From NCBI RefSeq assembly GCF_000008565.1, contig NC_001263.1, positions 1,850,603 to 1,882,602 of the forward strand: a stretch of 32,000 nt of DNA. The letters run 5' to 3'. This DNA is from Deinococcus radiodurans R1 = ATCC 13939 = DSM 20539 (GTDB lineage Bacteria; Deinococcota; Deinococci; Deinococcales; Deinococcaceae). The stretch's first letter is position 1, and every line of letters begins with the position of its first letter. The translations under genes and the position numbers were made by a program. The notes under the pieces are model-generated. The model worked only from the letters and a program-made list of their open reading frames with translations. It did no database searches and was not told the origin of the DNA. Below, piece by piece: positions 31,560-32,000 of the stretch.

Positions 31560-32000
31560 GTGCCGGGTCCCGAAGTGCTGCTCTACGGTCTGCCGCTCGC
31601 CTTTCTCGCTGGTTTTATAGACGCGGTGGCGGGGGGTGGGGGCACCATCACCCTGCCGACGCTGTTTTTCATGGGCCTCGCGCCCGCGCAGGTGGTGGCG
31701 ACAAACAAGCTGCTCGCCATTTTCGGCTCGGCGAGCGCCACCGTGCAGTTCTGGCGGGGGGGTCACGTCGAGCGGGCGCTGGTGCTGCGGCTGATTCCGC
31801 TGGCGCTCGCCGGAAGCGCGCTGGGGGCGTATCTGGTGCGCTTCGTGGACCCCAACACCTTCAAGACGCTGGTGGGCTTCGTGATTCTGGGTGTGGGAGC
31901 GCTGGTGCTCGCCAACAAACGCTTTGGCCTCGAAGATCGCTCCCCCGGCCTGACGCCGCGCGTGCTCGCGCTCACGCTGCCGGGCACCTTCATTATTGGC
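31560..32000 (+). CDS. TauE/SafE (DUF81) family anion exporter, C-terminus beyond window
   Basis: Absent from the ORF track because the frame has no stop before the window edge. The frame is open over 147 codons with very high GC3. The translation [34 protein letters not shown] is typical of TauE/SafE. The GTG at 31560 has TACACT (31547-31552) 7 nt upstream; the start is tentative. Confidence 0.8.
   Translation, partial: MPGPEVLLYGLPLAFLAGFIDAVAGGGGTITLPTLFFMGLAPAQVVATNKLLAIFGSASATVQFWRGGHVERALVLRLIPLALAGSALGAYLVRFVDPNTFKTLVGFVILGVGALVLANKRFGLEDRSPGLTPRVLALTLPGTFIIG

Overview
Very GC-rich bacterial chromosomal segment, with third codon positions almost all G/C. From gene content, gene order and the characteristic small non-coding repeats I recognise it as Deinococcus, probably D. 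radiodurans chromosome I; this is recognition, not a search result. It holds about 36 protein genes, mostly housekeeping: glgC (partial), secG, proA, proB, a YtxJ-like bacilliredoxin, an RlmI-like methyltransferase, mraY, ffh, relA/spoT, an FKBP isomerase, DoxX, an M55 D-aminopeptidase, a small GNAT, a PadR operon, glgB, msrA, a Ser/Thr kinase, a SIS/PGI-PMI-like protein, comEC, comEA, gatA, ohr and a partial TauE/SafE permease. I saw no rRNA, tRNA, CRISPR array, transposase, integrase or phage genes, so this looks like core genome rather than an island. Four things stand out. (1) Five TA-flanked MITE-like repeats are present, and in four cases the repeat terminus supplies the stop codon of the abutting gene (proA, proB, relA, a beta-barrel gene). 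(2) A ~600-bp nested inverted-repeat block lies upstream of comEC, and it shares a double-hairpin unit with the secG-proA spacer. (3) A TAnnnT box sits 5-7 nt upstream of most start codons, which is the leaderless-mRNA signature; I used it to choose start sites. (4) A lineage-specific four-gene minus-strand cluster (4117-8204) encodes two PATAN/DUF4388-like proteins, a HAMP-only membrane protein with an L7/L12-CTD-like N-terminus, and a lipoprotein. That cluster is my best candidate for an undescribed signalling module. All homology calls come from reading the translations by eye; no database was queried.
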